From contig JBFMFE010000322.1 in assembly GCA_040752295.1 (NCBI GenBank), positions 1,682-65,681 on the forward strand: a stretch of DNA of 64,000 bases, read 5' to 3'. Below the pieces are notes generated by a model. The model worked only from the letters and a program-made list of their open reading frames with translations, did no database searches and was not told the origin of the DNA. Below, in pieces: positions 36,728 through 46,505 of the stretch. This stretch comes from a bacterium (GTDB taxonomy: Bacteria; UBP15; UBA6099; JBFMBQ01). Position numbers and translations under genes: made by a program. Numbering within the stretch: position 1 is the first letter of the stretch; every line of letters begins with the position of its first letter.

Positions 36728-38941
36728 GTGAAACAGGGGTTTCACAGGGCGATGACGGACAGCCGGATTTACGCAGTGGTTGTTTTTGCGCTTGCGAACG
36801 CCTCGGCGGGATACGGAGCGCACAGGGTGGCGCGCCGCGTTTTTCCCGACTCGGCGGGCGCCGCCCCGCTTGCCGTTTTCGCCGTCGTGTACTGCGCGAC
36901 GATAGTAGTTCTCGAAGCGGCTCTCGGTTTCGCCGGCGCGCTCGCGCCGGAATCCGTTCTTGTCTGCGCCGCGCTCGCTGCCGTCGTCATCCATGCCGCG
37001 ACGGGGCGCGCCGGAAAGCGCACCCCGCCGCAAACGCCGGGACCGCCGCCCTCCGTCCGCGCGGGTGTTCCGGCTCAATCCACACTTCGAGGCATGATCC
37101 CGTTTCCGCCCTCGGGCGCCGCCCACTCGTGCGTCGCCGCCGCGCTGGCAGCCCTGTTCGCCCTCATCGCCGCGTGGGCGTTCGCCGCCCCGCCGCCCGC
37201 CGGCGGCGACGCCTTCATCTATCACCTCTTTTTCCCGGCGGCGTGGCTCCACAGCGGGAAAATCGAGATAGTGCCGCTGCCTTTCGGGGCGCAGGCTGCC
37301 TCGTACTATCCCCTCAATACGGAACTGCTCTTCCTCTGGCTGATGCTCCCGTTTCACGAGGACTTCCTCACCAACGCACTCCAGGTCCCGTTCCTGGTTC
37401 TCTGCGGCGCGCTGGTTTTCGAACTCGCCCGCAGCATGTGCGCGGAACGCCGGGATGCGCCGCTCATCGGCGCGTACGTCGCCGTTCTCATACCCGCCGC
37501 CGTGCAGCAGGCGGTCGTCGCCCGCGTGGACGTCGTGTTCTCAGCGTGGTTCCTCGCTGCTGTTCTCTTCCTTCTCGAATGGCGACGCTCCCGTGAATTG
37601 AGGCGCCTGTGCCTCGCAGGAATCGCCTTCGGACTCTTCCTCGGGACAAAGTCCGTCGCCGTGCTCTACGGGACGCTGCCCGCCGCGGTTTTCCTGTGGT
37701 CGCTCCGCGGGGCGGGTCTGAGAAGATCGCTTCAATACGTCCTGCTGTTCGGCGTTCTGTCCATCGCCTCGGGCGGTTTCTGGTACGTGCGCAACTGGGT
37801 CGTCACCGGCAATCCCTTCTACCCGCTCCGCGTCGGGGTCGCCGGGTTCACCGTATTCTCCGGCGCCTACGGGAGGGACGCGATGAAAATCTTTCACGTA
37901 ACCGACCCCGGCGAGATGCTCCGGATTCTCGATTTCTTTCTCGGGTACCCGCTCGCCGTTTTTCTTGCGGGGTGCGGCGCGATCTCCCTCGTCCTCGTGC
38001 TGCGGAGGGGACTTGAGGCGTCCCGCCGGGTCATTCCCGTTCTGCTGCTTCCCCCCGCGCTCGCCGCGCTCTTCTGGTACGTTAACCCTCACAACAATCT
38101 TACGAACGGCAGGTTCCTGTTCCCCGCGTTCTTTCTGTCCTGCGTTTATCCGTGCGTTGCGCTCGATGGTCTCGGAAGAAAGGGACGGGGCGTTCTGTGG
38201 GCGTTCGCCGCCGCAGCCGTTGCCGCGAGCACACTTCGCCATGATCACGCGCTGAGGATAGCGTGGGAGGTTATGACGACGGTCGCCGGGGCGAACCAGG
38301 GGTTGTTGGGTCCGGCGAGGGGAGCGGTGTCGCTCACGGCGGCGTCGGTCGCGGTTTTTTTCGTTTTTCTGTGGGCGAGGGCGGCATTCCCTCTCAAGTC
38401 CGCCTGCGCCGTTCTTGCCGGCGCTCTTCTTGTCCCTGCGCTTTTGCTTTCGTGGGATTATCACGCGCGGTACAAGTACCGGTGGTACACGGCGTTTCCC
38501 GTGGGCAGGGCGTGGGGGTTGATTGACGCGAACGCCGGCGCCGGCGCGCGAATCGCACACTGCGGGAACGAGCGCGCTTACGGCCTTTTCGGAACGGGAC
38601 TCCGCAACCGCGTCTTCTACGCGAACGTGGATGAACACGCCGACTGGAATTTTCACGATTATCACCTCAGGGTTCCCGGAAACCTCGAACCGGGCGCGGA
38701 CACGGAGCGTCCGCAGTTCCACAGGGAGCGCGCGGATTTCACTGCCTGGCTGAGAAACCTGCGCGCCGGAGGAGCGGACTACCTGTTCTGCACCACGCTC
38801 GATCCGATCGCGCGCCGGTTCATGAGCCATTCTCCCGAAGGGTTCACGATCGAGGCGCAATGGGCTTCGGCGCGTCCGGACGTGTTCAGGGAAGTCTTCA
38901 GAAGCGAGGAAGTCCGGATTTTCCGCGTTCTCGAGAAGTGA
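36728..38941 (+). CDS. polytopic membrane protein, putative GT-C-type glycosyltransferase (ArnT/PMT-like)
   Basis: 737 aa with more than 12 hydrophobic segments, an HEDF acidic loop motif after TM1-2, and a large C-terminal soluble domain. The family assignment is tentative. Confidence 0.45.
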   Translation: MKQGFHRAMTDSRIYAVVVFALANASAGYGAHRVARRVFPDSAGAAPLAVFAVVYCATIVVLEAALGFAGALAPESVLVCAALAAVVIHAATGRAGKRTPPQTPGPPPSVRAGVPAQSTLRGMIPFPPSGAAHSCVAAALAALFALIAAWAFAAPPPAGGDAFIYHLFFPAAWLHSGKIEIVPLPFGAQAASYYPLNTELLFLWLMLPFHEDFLTNALQVPFLVLCGALVFELARSMCAERRDAPLIGAYVAVLIPAAVQQAVVARVDVVFSAWFLAAVLFLLEWRRSRELRRLCLAGIAFGLFLGTKSVAVLYGTLPAAVFLWSLRGAGLRRSLQYVLLFGVLSIASGGFWYVRNWVVTGNPFYPLRVGVAGFTVFSGAYGRDAMKIFHVTDPGEMLRILDFFLGYPLAVFLAGCGAISLVLVLRRGLEASRRVIPVLLLPPALAALFWYVNPHNNLTNGRFLFPAFFLSCVYPCVALDGLGRKGRGVLWAFAAAAVAASTLRHDHALRIAWEVMTTVAGANQGLLGPARGAVSLTAASVAVFFVFLWARAAFPLKSACAVLAGALLVPALLLSWDYHARYKYRWYTAFPVGRAWGLIDANAGAGARIAHCGNERAYGLFGTGLRNRVFYANVDEHADWNFHDYHLRVPGNLEPGADTERPQFHRERADFTAWLRNLRAGGADYLFCTTLDPIARRFMSHSPEGFTIEAQWASARPDVFREVFRSEEVRIFRVLEK

Positions 38942-39044
38942 ATTTTCACGGCGGGCGCGGGCGGATGCAGGTGAAATACCCCGGATGTTGATAATCAGCG
39001 GATATCTCACATAATAAGAAACGGAAAGAGGCGGGTTCGCAGCG

Positions 39045-41090
39045 GTGGTGCTCCGGGTCATGCGCGTCGCGGGGAAATGGCTGTACGTTCCGTACCGCAG
39101 GTTCTGGTCGTCCGAGACGGCGGTGCTGACGGCCCTCGCGCTGGTTATTGGCGTCGGCTCCGGTTTCGGCGCCATCGTATTCCGGATGATGATCGAGTTT
39201 TTCCGTTCCCTGTCGTTCGACAGAGGGGGGACGCTGCTCGGTTTCATGGGGCGGCACTACGTGATTGTCGTGCCCGCCGCGGGCGGACTGATCGTGGGCG
39301 CTGTCATCCGGCTGGTCGGCAGGGAGATGAGGGGTCACGGCGTGCCCGAGGTGATGGAAGCGGTTGCCCTGCGCGGCGGACGCATCCGTCCCGTCGTGGT
39401 CATCGGCAAGACCCTGGCGTCGTCCGTCTGCATCGGCACGGGGGGTTCGGTGGGGCGGGAAGGACCGATCGTCCAGATCGGGTCGGCGCTGGGTTCGACG
39501 ATAGGGCAGGCGCTGCGGCTTTCCGAGAGGCGCATCAAGAACCTCGTCGCGTGCGGCGCGGCGGGTGGCATCGCCGCGACGTTCAACGCGCCGATCGCCG
39601 GGGTCGTGTTCGCGCTCGAGGTCATCCTGCGCGATTTCACCATCAGGACGTTCAGCACCATCGTGGTCGCCTCCGTGATCGCCACCGTCATCAGCAGGAT
39701 TTTCCTCGGAAACTTTCCCGCCTTTCAGATTCCCCACTATTCACTCGTCAGCCCCTGGGAACTGGCTCTGTATCTCGTTCTGGGTCTCCTCGCCGCGTTC
39801 ACCGCGCTGCTTTACGTGCGGTCGCTTTACGCCTGCGAGGACGTCTTCGGCGCCTTCAGGTTCCCGGAGCACCTCAAGCCCGCCGCGGGCGGGCTTATAG
39901 TCGGCGCCCTCGGGTTGTACCTGCCGCAGGTCTTCGGCGTGGGCTACGGCACAATCGAACTCGCCCTCGTCGGAAAGATGACTTTCGGCTTGCTCGTTGT
40001 TCTCGTGTTCGCGAAGATTCTGGCGGTGTCGGTCACCATCGGTTCGGGAGGTTCGGGAGGGGTGTTTGCGCCGGCGCTGTTCATAGGCGCGATGTTAGGC
40101 GGCGCGTTCGGCGCCGTCGCCAAAGCCTGGTTTCCCGGCGTTACGGCGGAGAGCGGCGCTTACGCGCTCGTCGGAATGGGGGCGCTGTTCGCGGGCGCCG
40201 CGCGTGCGCCCGTGACGTCAATTCTGATACTCTTCGAGATGACGCAGGACTACCGCATAATTCTCCCCCTGATGTTCGCCACGGTCGTCAGCACCGTCGT
40301 CGCCGACCTCGTTGACCCCGAAAGCATCTACACCCACAAGCTCAAGCGCCGGGGCGTGGACCTCTATTCGCGCAGAGACCTCGAACTCCTCGGCGCGATA
40401 CGCGTCGAGGAAGCCATGAAGCCGGTCTCGAAACTAACCACTGTGCCGCCGGACATGCCGCTCGACGAGATCGCGCGGCTGTTCCGCGAGACGTTCCATC
40501 ACGGCTTCGCGGTGGTGGACGCCGCGGGCAGGCTGTACGGCGTCATCACCCTTCACGACCTGGAGCAGGCGCTCAAATCGAAAAGGCGCTCGGGAACGGT
40601 CGCGGACATATGCGTCAGGCACGTCGTGACCGCCTACCCGGACGACACCCTCGAGGACGTAATGAGGCGTTTCGGCGCGATGGACATCGGCCGGATTCCG
40701 GTCGTGGACCGGGCGAACCCCGGACGCCTCGTGGGAATGCTCCGGTGGAGCGACATCGTGCGCGCCTACTCGCAGGTCATGCTCGACACCGGAGAACGCA
40801 GGGATCACATGGAACGGCTGCGCCTCGAGACCGCAACCAGCGCGCATCTCGTCGAGTTCGTTCTCGGAAGAAACGACGGGGCGGTCGGCAAAACTCTCAG
40901 GGAGCTTCACGTCCCCCCCGACTGCGTTATCGCTTCCATCCTCCGCGGCAGGCACGTCGTCGTCCCCAGGGGGGACACCGAGTTGAGGGAAGGCGACAAG
41001 GTCGTCGCCATGGCTGCGCCCGATGCCGAGAAAGCATTGAAAAAATGCCTCCGCGCGGGCGAGCACGGCCCCGGCGAACGCCGGAGCTGA
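39045..41090 (+). CDS. ClC-family chloride channel / H+-Cl- antiporter with C-terminal CBS pair and TrkA-C domain
   Basis: Selectivity-filter motifs GSGIP-like (VGSGFGA), GREGP and GSGGSGGVFAP (GxFxP). Two CBS domains (VVDAAGRLYGVITLHDL; IPVVDRANPGRLVGMLRWSDI) and a TrkA_C-like tail follow. Confidence 0.85.
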   Translation: MVLRVMRVAGKWLYVPYRRFWSSETAVLTALALVIGVGSGFGAIVFRMMIEFFRSLSFDRGGTLLGFMGRHYVIVVPAAGGLIVGAVIRLVGREMRGHGVPEVMEAVALRGGRIRPVVVIGKTLASSVCIGTGGSVGREGPIVQIGSALGSTIGQALRLSERRIKNLVACGAAGGIAATFNAPIAGVVFALEVILRDFTIRTFSTIVVASVIATVISRIFLGNFPAFQIPHYSLVSPWELALYLVLGLLAAFTALLYVRSLYACEDVFGAFRFPEHLKPAAGGLIVGALGLYLPQVFGVGYGTIELALVGKMTFGLLVVLVFAKILAVSVTIGSGGSGGVFAPALFIGAMLGGAFGAVAKAWFPGVTAESGAYALVGMGALFAGAARAPVTSILILFEMTQDYRIILPLMFATVVSTVVADLVDPESIYTHKLKRRGVDLYSRRDLELLGAIRVEEAMKPVSKLTTVPPDMPLDEIARLFRETFHHGFAVVDAAGRLYGVITLHDLEQALKSKRRSGTVADICVRHVVTAYPDDTLEDVMRRFGAMDIGRIPVVDRANPGRLVGMLRWSDIVRAYSQVMLDTGERRDHMERLRLETATSAHLVEFVLGRNDGAVGKTLRELHVPPDCVIASILRGRHVVVPRGDTELREGDKVVAMAAPDAEKALKKCLRAGEHGPGERRS

Positions 41091-41127
41091 CTGCGCCGGC
41101 GAGCGCCTCACCCCGCGCACGCGCGCC

Positions 41128-42120
41128 TCATCCGCGCGCCCCGCCCGGAATCCGTCTCGCAAATTCGAGGAGCGCCTCCCTCGAAGTGTACCTGAACGCG
41201 AAGTTGAAGTCCCTTTTTATTTTCCCGTTGCTGACTTCCCACGGATAAGAGATGAGGTCCACGAATCCCGCGATGGGCGGCGTCAGCCTCAGCCTCTCGA
41301 TGCGCCGCGCGGCGCCCGCGAGTATGCCCCTCGGCACTAAAACAGGCGTTCCACCGCAGATGTGTATCACGTCCCTGTACGGCACGCCGCCGTCGCCGGT
41401 CACGTTGTATATCCCCTCGCATTCCCGCTCCATGAGAAGGCGCGTCGCGCGAGCGAGGTCGTCCTCGTGCACGAATTGAAGGGGCGGGTTCTGAAAAACC
41501 GGCGCGGGGATGAGACGGACCACCCGCAGCAGGAACGAGAGTATGTTTCCCATCGAGGGTCCCGTGATCACCGAGGGGCGGATTATCACGAACCTGGTAT
41601 CTCCGTGGTTCCTCCGGTATTCTTCGACCATGTCCTCTATCTCCACCTTGTCCCTCGTGTAAAACAGCCCCTGCGTCATGCGTGCCGGCACGTCTTCCGT
41701 GAAGGGTTCATCGTTCTCGGGAAAAGCCCCGTAGACCGTTGTGCTGCTTGCGAGGACGAACTTCCTCACGCCCGCTTTCACGCAGCAGTCGAGCAGGTTC
41801 CGCGTCCCGACGATGTTCACGTCCCTTATCTTTCTGTCCGGTGAGAACACGTTCAGGGCGAACGCGAGGTGGACGACCGTGTCAATCCGCTCGCTTTCGA
41901 GCGTCTTCCGGAGACCGGGGTCGCGGACGTCCGCCCTGCGGAAATCGAGTAACGGGCGCCGCCGCGCGGGCTTTTTCACGTCAATCCCGACGAGCTTTTC
42001 CGGGGGTTTTTCCCCTGAGAAAGAACGGACGAGCGCCGCGCCCCAGTATCCGCTGACGCCGGTGATCAGGAAACGGCTGTGCTTTTTCTTTCTCACTTTT
42101 CCGCGGGGAACGGTTCTCAC
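41128..42120 (-). CDS. NAD-dependent epimerase/dehydratase family protein
   Basis: FLITGVSGYWGAALV Rossmann motif and a YxxxK-like YTRDK motif. SDR-extended fold length. Confidence 0.7.
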   Translation of the reverse strand: MRTVPRGKVRKKKHSRFLITGVSGYWGAALVRSFSGEKPPEKLVGIDVKKPARRRPLLDFRRADVRDPGLRKTLESERIDTVVHLAFALNVFSPDRKIRDVNIVGTRNLLDCCVKAGVRKFVLASSTTVYGAFPENDEPFTEDVPARMTQGLFYTRDKVEIEDMVEEYRRNHGDTRFVIIRPSVITGPSMGNILSFLLRVVRLIPAPVFQNPPLQFVHEDDLARATRLLMERECEGIYNVTGDGGVPYRDVIHICGGTPVLVPRGILAGAARRIERLRLTPPIAGFVDLISYPWEVSNGKIKRDFNFAFRYTSREALLEFARRIPGGARG

Positions 42121-42188
42121 CCCGTGTTATTCCCGTCTTCGGAACGGCTCGCGATGAATTCAGGTTCCGCCGGATTTACAAACCCGTT

Positions 42189-42689
42189 TCACGATTCGGC
42201 GCGCACCACCTTCAGGTGGCACTTCCCTGCGCCGTCGGCGATGGTCTCGCCGATGAGCAGCCTGCCCCCCAGCCGCCCGACCAGTTCCCTGTCCGCCGAC
42301 ATGCCCGCGAGGCAGACCTCCTTCCCGTTCTTTTCGCTCAATCCCGCCGGGCATTCGAGCATGAAAACCTCGACCCCGCCGCTCGTCACCTTCCCAACCT
42401 CGTACCGGCAGTTCAGAGCCTCGAGGACCTTCAGCCATTCGCCCGCCGCGGCGACGGGACCGTCGGCTGTTTTCATCCCGAACATTTCCATCTCCGCGAG
42501 CGCCGCGCCCGCGAGTCTCCCCGTCCGCTCCATGAGGAGCCGCCCGAGGGACGTTCTCCCCGCGAGGCGCACCATCGCGCCCACGGTCCGCCAGAGCAGG
42601 TCCGGGTTGCGCGAAAGCAATCTCTCCGCCGCGCCGAAGTCCTTCGCCATCTCCTCCCTGTCCGGGCGCTTCAACTTTCCCTTTCCCAT
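42189..42689 (-). CDS. hypothetical protein (small Cys-containing, ~166 aa)
   Basis: The start is placed at MGKGKLKRP, ATG 42689, preceded by a GGAGGGG Shine-Dalgarno. It contains CPAGLSEK...CLAGMSAD...GKCHLK. No confident family assignment. Confidence 0.4.
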   Translation of the reverse strand: MGKGKLKRPDREEMAKDFGAAERLLSRNPDLLWRTVGAMVRLAGRTSLGRLLMERTGRLAGAALAEMEMFGMKTADGPVAAAGEWLKVLEALNCRYEVGKVTSGGVEVFMLECPAGLSEKNGKEVCLAGMSADRELVGRLGGRLLIGETIADGAGKCHLKVVRAES

Positions 42690-42902
42690 GTTTTCCCCTC
42701 CTTCCGGCGTGTTTTTTCGAACGCCGGGGCGTCCGGTGTCAAGTGTATCATCCGCATTGTTATTCTGTAAACATCGGGAGGGGATCGAGAACTGCAAATA
42801 TCCGTTGCCGATGGTTTTTTGTCCGCGGATCGTGTATCATTCAATGAGCGTAAAATCAATAAAGACCGACGAAAAAGGAGCGGCGAACGAGGGAGAGGAA
42901 TC

Positions 42903-44231
42903 ATGAGGATTTTTCAGCAGGCATTGTTGTGGGCTGCATTTTTTTCGTTCTTCGGGGCACTGTCGCGCGCCGAGCTTATCCCTTCGTACATAGACAGGCT
43001 GAGGGGCGTCGTCATCGCCAGGGGCGAGGCTGAGGGGACGCCCGGCGCGTCGCACGCTCAGCTTCGCTCGCTCGCCATCGAGGACGCGCGCAGGAACGTC
43101 ACGATCGTTCTCGAGAGGGAGAGCCTGACCGACAGGGAAACCATAGGGGAGCACCTCTCGGCGTACCCCGAGAAGCGCCAGGTCCTGAGGCTGTTCGTCG
43201 AATCCGCGACGATAATCAACCAGAACGTCGCCGCGGACGGGAAGGTGGAGGTGACGATCAGCCTGCCCATCGGGGGCGAGGGGGGGCTTGACTCGGTGAA
43301 GGGGTGGCTCAGAGGGGAGCGGACCGGGCCGCCCGGGTTCCAGGCGTTCGCGGGCGGCACGGAAGGCGAGCCGTTCCGCACGGGCGCCCTCGCTCCGTCG
43401 AGGAAGGAGAAATTGAAGAAGACGAGGGAGCCGAAGCGCCTCGTTTTCATGACGCTCGAAAACAGGACGGGCTTTGAGGGAATTGACGCGGGCGAGGAGT
43501 TCACCCGGCGTCTCAAGGAACGTTTCAGGAGGGACCGGAGATTCGTCATCCTGCCGCCCGAAGAGTCGGCAAAAGCGCTCGAAGAGAGCGACATGACGGT
43601 TGAGGAACTGATGAACTCCGACGTGACGGACAGGGTGCGGGTGCGGGGCGCGGACGGCGTCATCGTCGGCGCCGTTTCTAAATACGAGTCGAAAGTCAAC
43701 AAGATCGGTCCCGGCGGACTGGGGTACCTCGAAGTCTGGTTCAACGCGGCGGTTGACATGCGCATACTCGACGCCGCCGCAAAGAGGTGGGTCTTCTACG
43801 AGGAAATACCCGTTTCGCTCAAGGACACCACGTTCACCCTGAAATCCGCTGACGACGCCGATAAGTTCATCCAGATGACCAGCCTGGACTCGGAGCGCGG
43901 GCTTGCCGCAAGGGCGTTCAACGAACTGATAGCAAAAGCCGAGAAGGTCGTCAGAACGTCTTTCCCGCTTGAAGGGTACGTGTTGAGAACGCTCGGCGAC
44001 AGGGTGTACATCAACCTCACCGTCGCCGACGGCGTCAGGGAGGACGACGTGCTCACGGTGTACCGCATCGGAGAGACGCTCGTGGACCCGGTCACGGGAG
44101 AGGAAATTGACGAAATAAGGGACATCATTGGAACGATCAGGGTGACGGCGGTCTGGGACACGTACTCGCAGGCGGCGGTCGAAGAGATCGGCAGGATGAT
44201 AGTCGAGGGCGACGTCGTGACGCTCAGGTGA
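42903..44231 (+). CDS. secreted hypothetical protein (possible CsgG/LpoB/LPP20-like periplasmic fold)
   Basis: Signal peptide MRIFQQALLWAAFFSFFGALSRA and a GAGGGAGAGGAA Shine-Dalgarno. The core KRLVFMTLENRTGFEGIDAGEEFTRRLKERF...RFVILPPEE is reminiscent of CsgG/LpoB-type periplasmic domains. Tentative. Confidence 0.5.
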   Translation: MRIFQQALLWAAFFSFFGALSRAELIPSYIDRLRGVVIARGEAEGTPGASHAQLRSLAIEDARRNVTIVLERESLTDRETIGEHLSAYPEKRQVLRLFVESATIINQNVAADGKVEVTISLPIGGEGGLDSVKGWLRGERTGPPGFQAFAGGTEGEPFRTGALAPSRKEKLKKTREPKRLVFMTLENRTGFEGIDAGEEFTRRLKERFRRDRRFVILPPEESAKALEESDMTVEELMNSDVTDRVRVRGADGVIVGAVSKYESKVNKIGPGGLGYLEVWFNAAVDMRILDAAAKRWVFYEEIPVSLKDTTFTLKSADDADKFIQMTSLDSERGLAARAFNELIAKAEKVVRTSFPLEGYVLRTLGDRVYINLTVADGVREDDVLTVYRIGETLVDPVTGEEIDEIRDIIGTIRVTAVWDTYSQAAVEEIGRMIVEGDVVTLR

Positions 44232-44279
44232 AGTCTTCCGGAGACGTGAAAATAACTCAGCCGGGCGGCGGTTTCTGAA

Positions 44280-45215
44280 ATGACCGATGCGAAAGCAACC
44301 CGAGCCGTACGCGCGACGGCGGCGGCGTTTTTCCTCGCGCTGTGCGTTTTTGCGGCGGCAGCGCCTCCGGGCGCCGCAGAGCGGATATTTCTCGAGAACC
44401 GCTATGAACGGGGCGACGTGTACGTCTATTCGCTTAAGATGACGGGCAGGGGCAGTTCCATGGTTCTGGGGGCTGCCGACCCGGCGTTGAGAAATCAGGA
44501 GTTCTTCATGGAAATCAGGAACGGGATGGAGATGAAGGTGCTGGAAGTCGCCGAGGACGGCGCCGCCGCCATCGAAGGGAGGGTGACGGACTGGTCGGTG
44601 AGTTTCAACGACGCGGTAATATCTTCGCCGGAGAAGGCGGAGAAGCTTCCCGCGGACTCTCCCATGAAAAAGCTCACCGAGCCGTTCCTCATGAAGGTCG
44701 CAAAGGACGGCAGGGTGCTCGAATTCAGCGGCTCCATCGTGGAGTCCGAGCTGTTTCCCATCAGGACAGGCGAGGCGCTGGGCGGGTGGTCGCACGCCGT
44801 GTTTCCGGACCATCCCGTCAGCGTCGGCGAGACATGGAAGGGGCAGATGCCTCTTTTTCCCGGGGGAGGGAAGGACGCGCCCGCCGTTAACGTGGAGTAT
44901 GTTCTGGAGGGGATCGAAAGCGTGAAGGGACTCGCGTGCGCCGTCATCGAGGCGAGGACGGACGCGGACGTGCCCGAAATCAATGAAAAATTCTTCTCGG
45001 CGCCCCCTTTCGCAGGCGCAGGCGTTGAAATGAAAAAACTCAAACAGAAACTGAACGGTAAAATCTACTTCGCCCACGCGGAGGGCATAATGGTCGCCTA
45101 CGAGTTCTCCATGCGGCAGGAAAGCGAAATGAGGGTCAGGAATCCCCTGTCGCGGAAGAAGCCCATCGAGATGAAAGTCGTGATGGACATGGAGGGGCTT
45201 TTGAACCTCGAGTGA
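44280..45215 (+). CDS. secreted hypothetical protein
   Basis: Signal peptide (AAFFLALCVFAAAAPPGAAE). 311 aa with no recognisable catalytic motif. Confidence 0.5.
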   Translation: MTDAKATRAVRATAAAFFLALCVFAAAAPPGAAERIFLENRYERGDVYVYSLKMTGRGSSMVLGAADPALRNQEFFMEIRNGMEMKVLEVAEDGAAAIEGRVTDWSVSFNDAVISSPEKAEKLPADSPMKKLTEPFLMKVAKDGRVLEFSGSIVESELFPIRTGEALGGWSHAVFPDHPVSVGETWKGQMPLFPGGGKDAPAVNVEYVLEGIESVKGLACAVIEARTDADVPEINEKFFSAPPFAGAGVEMKKLKQKLNGKIYFAHAEGIMVAYEFSMRQESEMRVRNPLSRKKPIEMKVVMDMEGLLNLE

Positions 45216-45296
45216 AACTCGGAGCTGAACCTGCCGCGTCGTGAACCCGCGGACCGGGGTTTTCGGACGCGCCGAAAAAAAACCGGAGCTGCGCCG

Positions 45297-46442
45297 ATGA
45301 AATCCATTCATGAATGGGAAGAAAGAACTCTGGCGGAGTACGCCGTGAAAAGCGCAGGGACGCGCGGCAGGGAGTACGCGGAGGAGGAGCACCCGTATCG
45401 CAGTCCCTTCCAGCGGGACCGCGACAGGGTGATACACTCGTCGGCTTTCCGCCGGCTCGAATTCAAGACGCAGGTGTTCGTGCCCTTCGAGAGCGACTAC
45501 TACCGGACGCGGTTGACGCACACCATCGAGGTCGCGCAGATATCGCGGACATGCGCCAAGCGCCTGCGCCTCAACGAGGAGCTTACCGAGGCGGTGGCGC
45601 TCGCCCACGACATCGGTCATCCGCCCTTCGGACACACCGGGGAGGAAGTGCTCCACCACTTGATGAGAAAGCACGGCGGCTTCGAGCACAACCGCCAGGG
45701 GCTGAGGATCGTGGAGAAGCTGGAGTCGCGCTACCCCGGGTTTCCGGGATTGAACCTGACCTGGGAGGTGCGCGAGGGCGTTTCGAAGCACCGCACATCC
45801 TTCGACGTGCCGGAACTGGGATTCGTCAGGGGCACGCTGCCCTCGCTGGAGGCGCAGGTCGTGAACAGGGCTGACGAGATCACCTACATATCTCACGACA
45901 CGGACGATGGACTCAAATCCGGAATCCTCGGGGAAGACGAACTGAGGGGGCTCGAAATATGCAAGCCGATTTTTAAGGTCATTGACGGCAACCCGGCGCT
46001 TGCCGGCAACGTCAAGATGAGACGCTACCAGCTCATTCGGATGCTCATAGACGCGATGGTGTCCGATCTCGTCGGGGAAACGGAGAGGAACGTCGGGCGG
46101 ATGGGCTTCCGGTCGGTGGACGACGTGAGACGGGCGGACGGGGAAGCGGTGTGTTTCAGCGGGGGAATGGAGCGGAAGGCGGGCGAACTGCGCGACTGCC
46201 TCTATGAGCGGTTTTACAAACATCGCCGGATCAGGCGGATGGCGGGGTTTGCGAAGAAGTACGTAACGGGACTTTTCGAGTATTACCTTAAAAACCTCCG
46301 GGAGGTTTCCGAGGATTTCAGAGGGGGGGCGGCGGACGAGCCGCCACACAGAATCGTCTGCGACTACGTCGCGGGCATGACCGACAGGTTCGCCGTCAGG
46401 GACTACAAGAGAATTGCGAAGCGCGGGAGAAAGAGGAGGTAA
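45297..46442 (+). CDS. dgt: dGTP triphosphohydrolase-like HD-domain protein (Dgt family, short form)
   Basis: RSPFQRDRDRVIHSSAFRRLEFKTQVF...RTRLTHTIEVAQISR...LAHDIGHPPFGHTGE is the HD-domain dGTPase signature. The C-terminus has DYVAGMTDRFA. Confidence 0.85.
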   Translation: MKSIHEWEERTLAEYAVKSAGTRGREYAEEEHPYRSPFQRDRDRVIHSSAFRRLEFKTQVFVPFESDYYRTRLTHTIEVAQISRTCAKRLRLNEELTEAVALAHDIGHPPFGHTGEEVLHHLMRKHGGFEHNRQGLRIVEKLESRYPGFPGLNLTWEVREGVSKHRTSFDVPELGFVRGTLPSLEAQVVNRADEITYISHDTDDGLKSGILGEDELRGLEICKPIFKVIDGNPALAGNVKMRRYQLIRMLIDAMVSDLVGETERNVGRMGFRSVDDVRRADGEAVCFSGGMERKAGELRDCLYERFYKHRRIRRMAGFAKKYVTGLFEYYLKNLREVSEDFRGGAADEPPHRIVCDYVAGMTDRFAVRDYKRIAKRGRKRR

Positions 46443-46505
46443 AAGGCGGGGAACTGTGTTCGGGCGCTGCGCGAAACCGGCTGATGTGCCGCCGCCGCGG
46501 CAGGC

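Noticed and set aside
42837-46349. 1170-aa ORF on the minus strand
   Set aside because: It is antisense to four well-supported plus-strand genes (two secreted proteins, dgt). The sequence is Arg/Pro/Gly-rich low complexity typical of GC-rich antisense frames, and it has no Shine-Dalgarno and no motifs.
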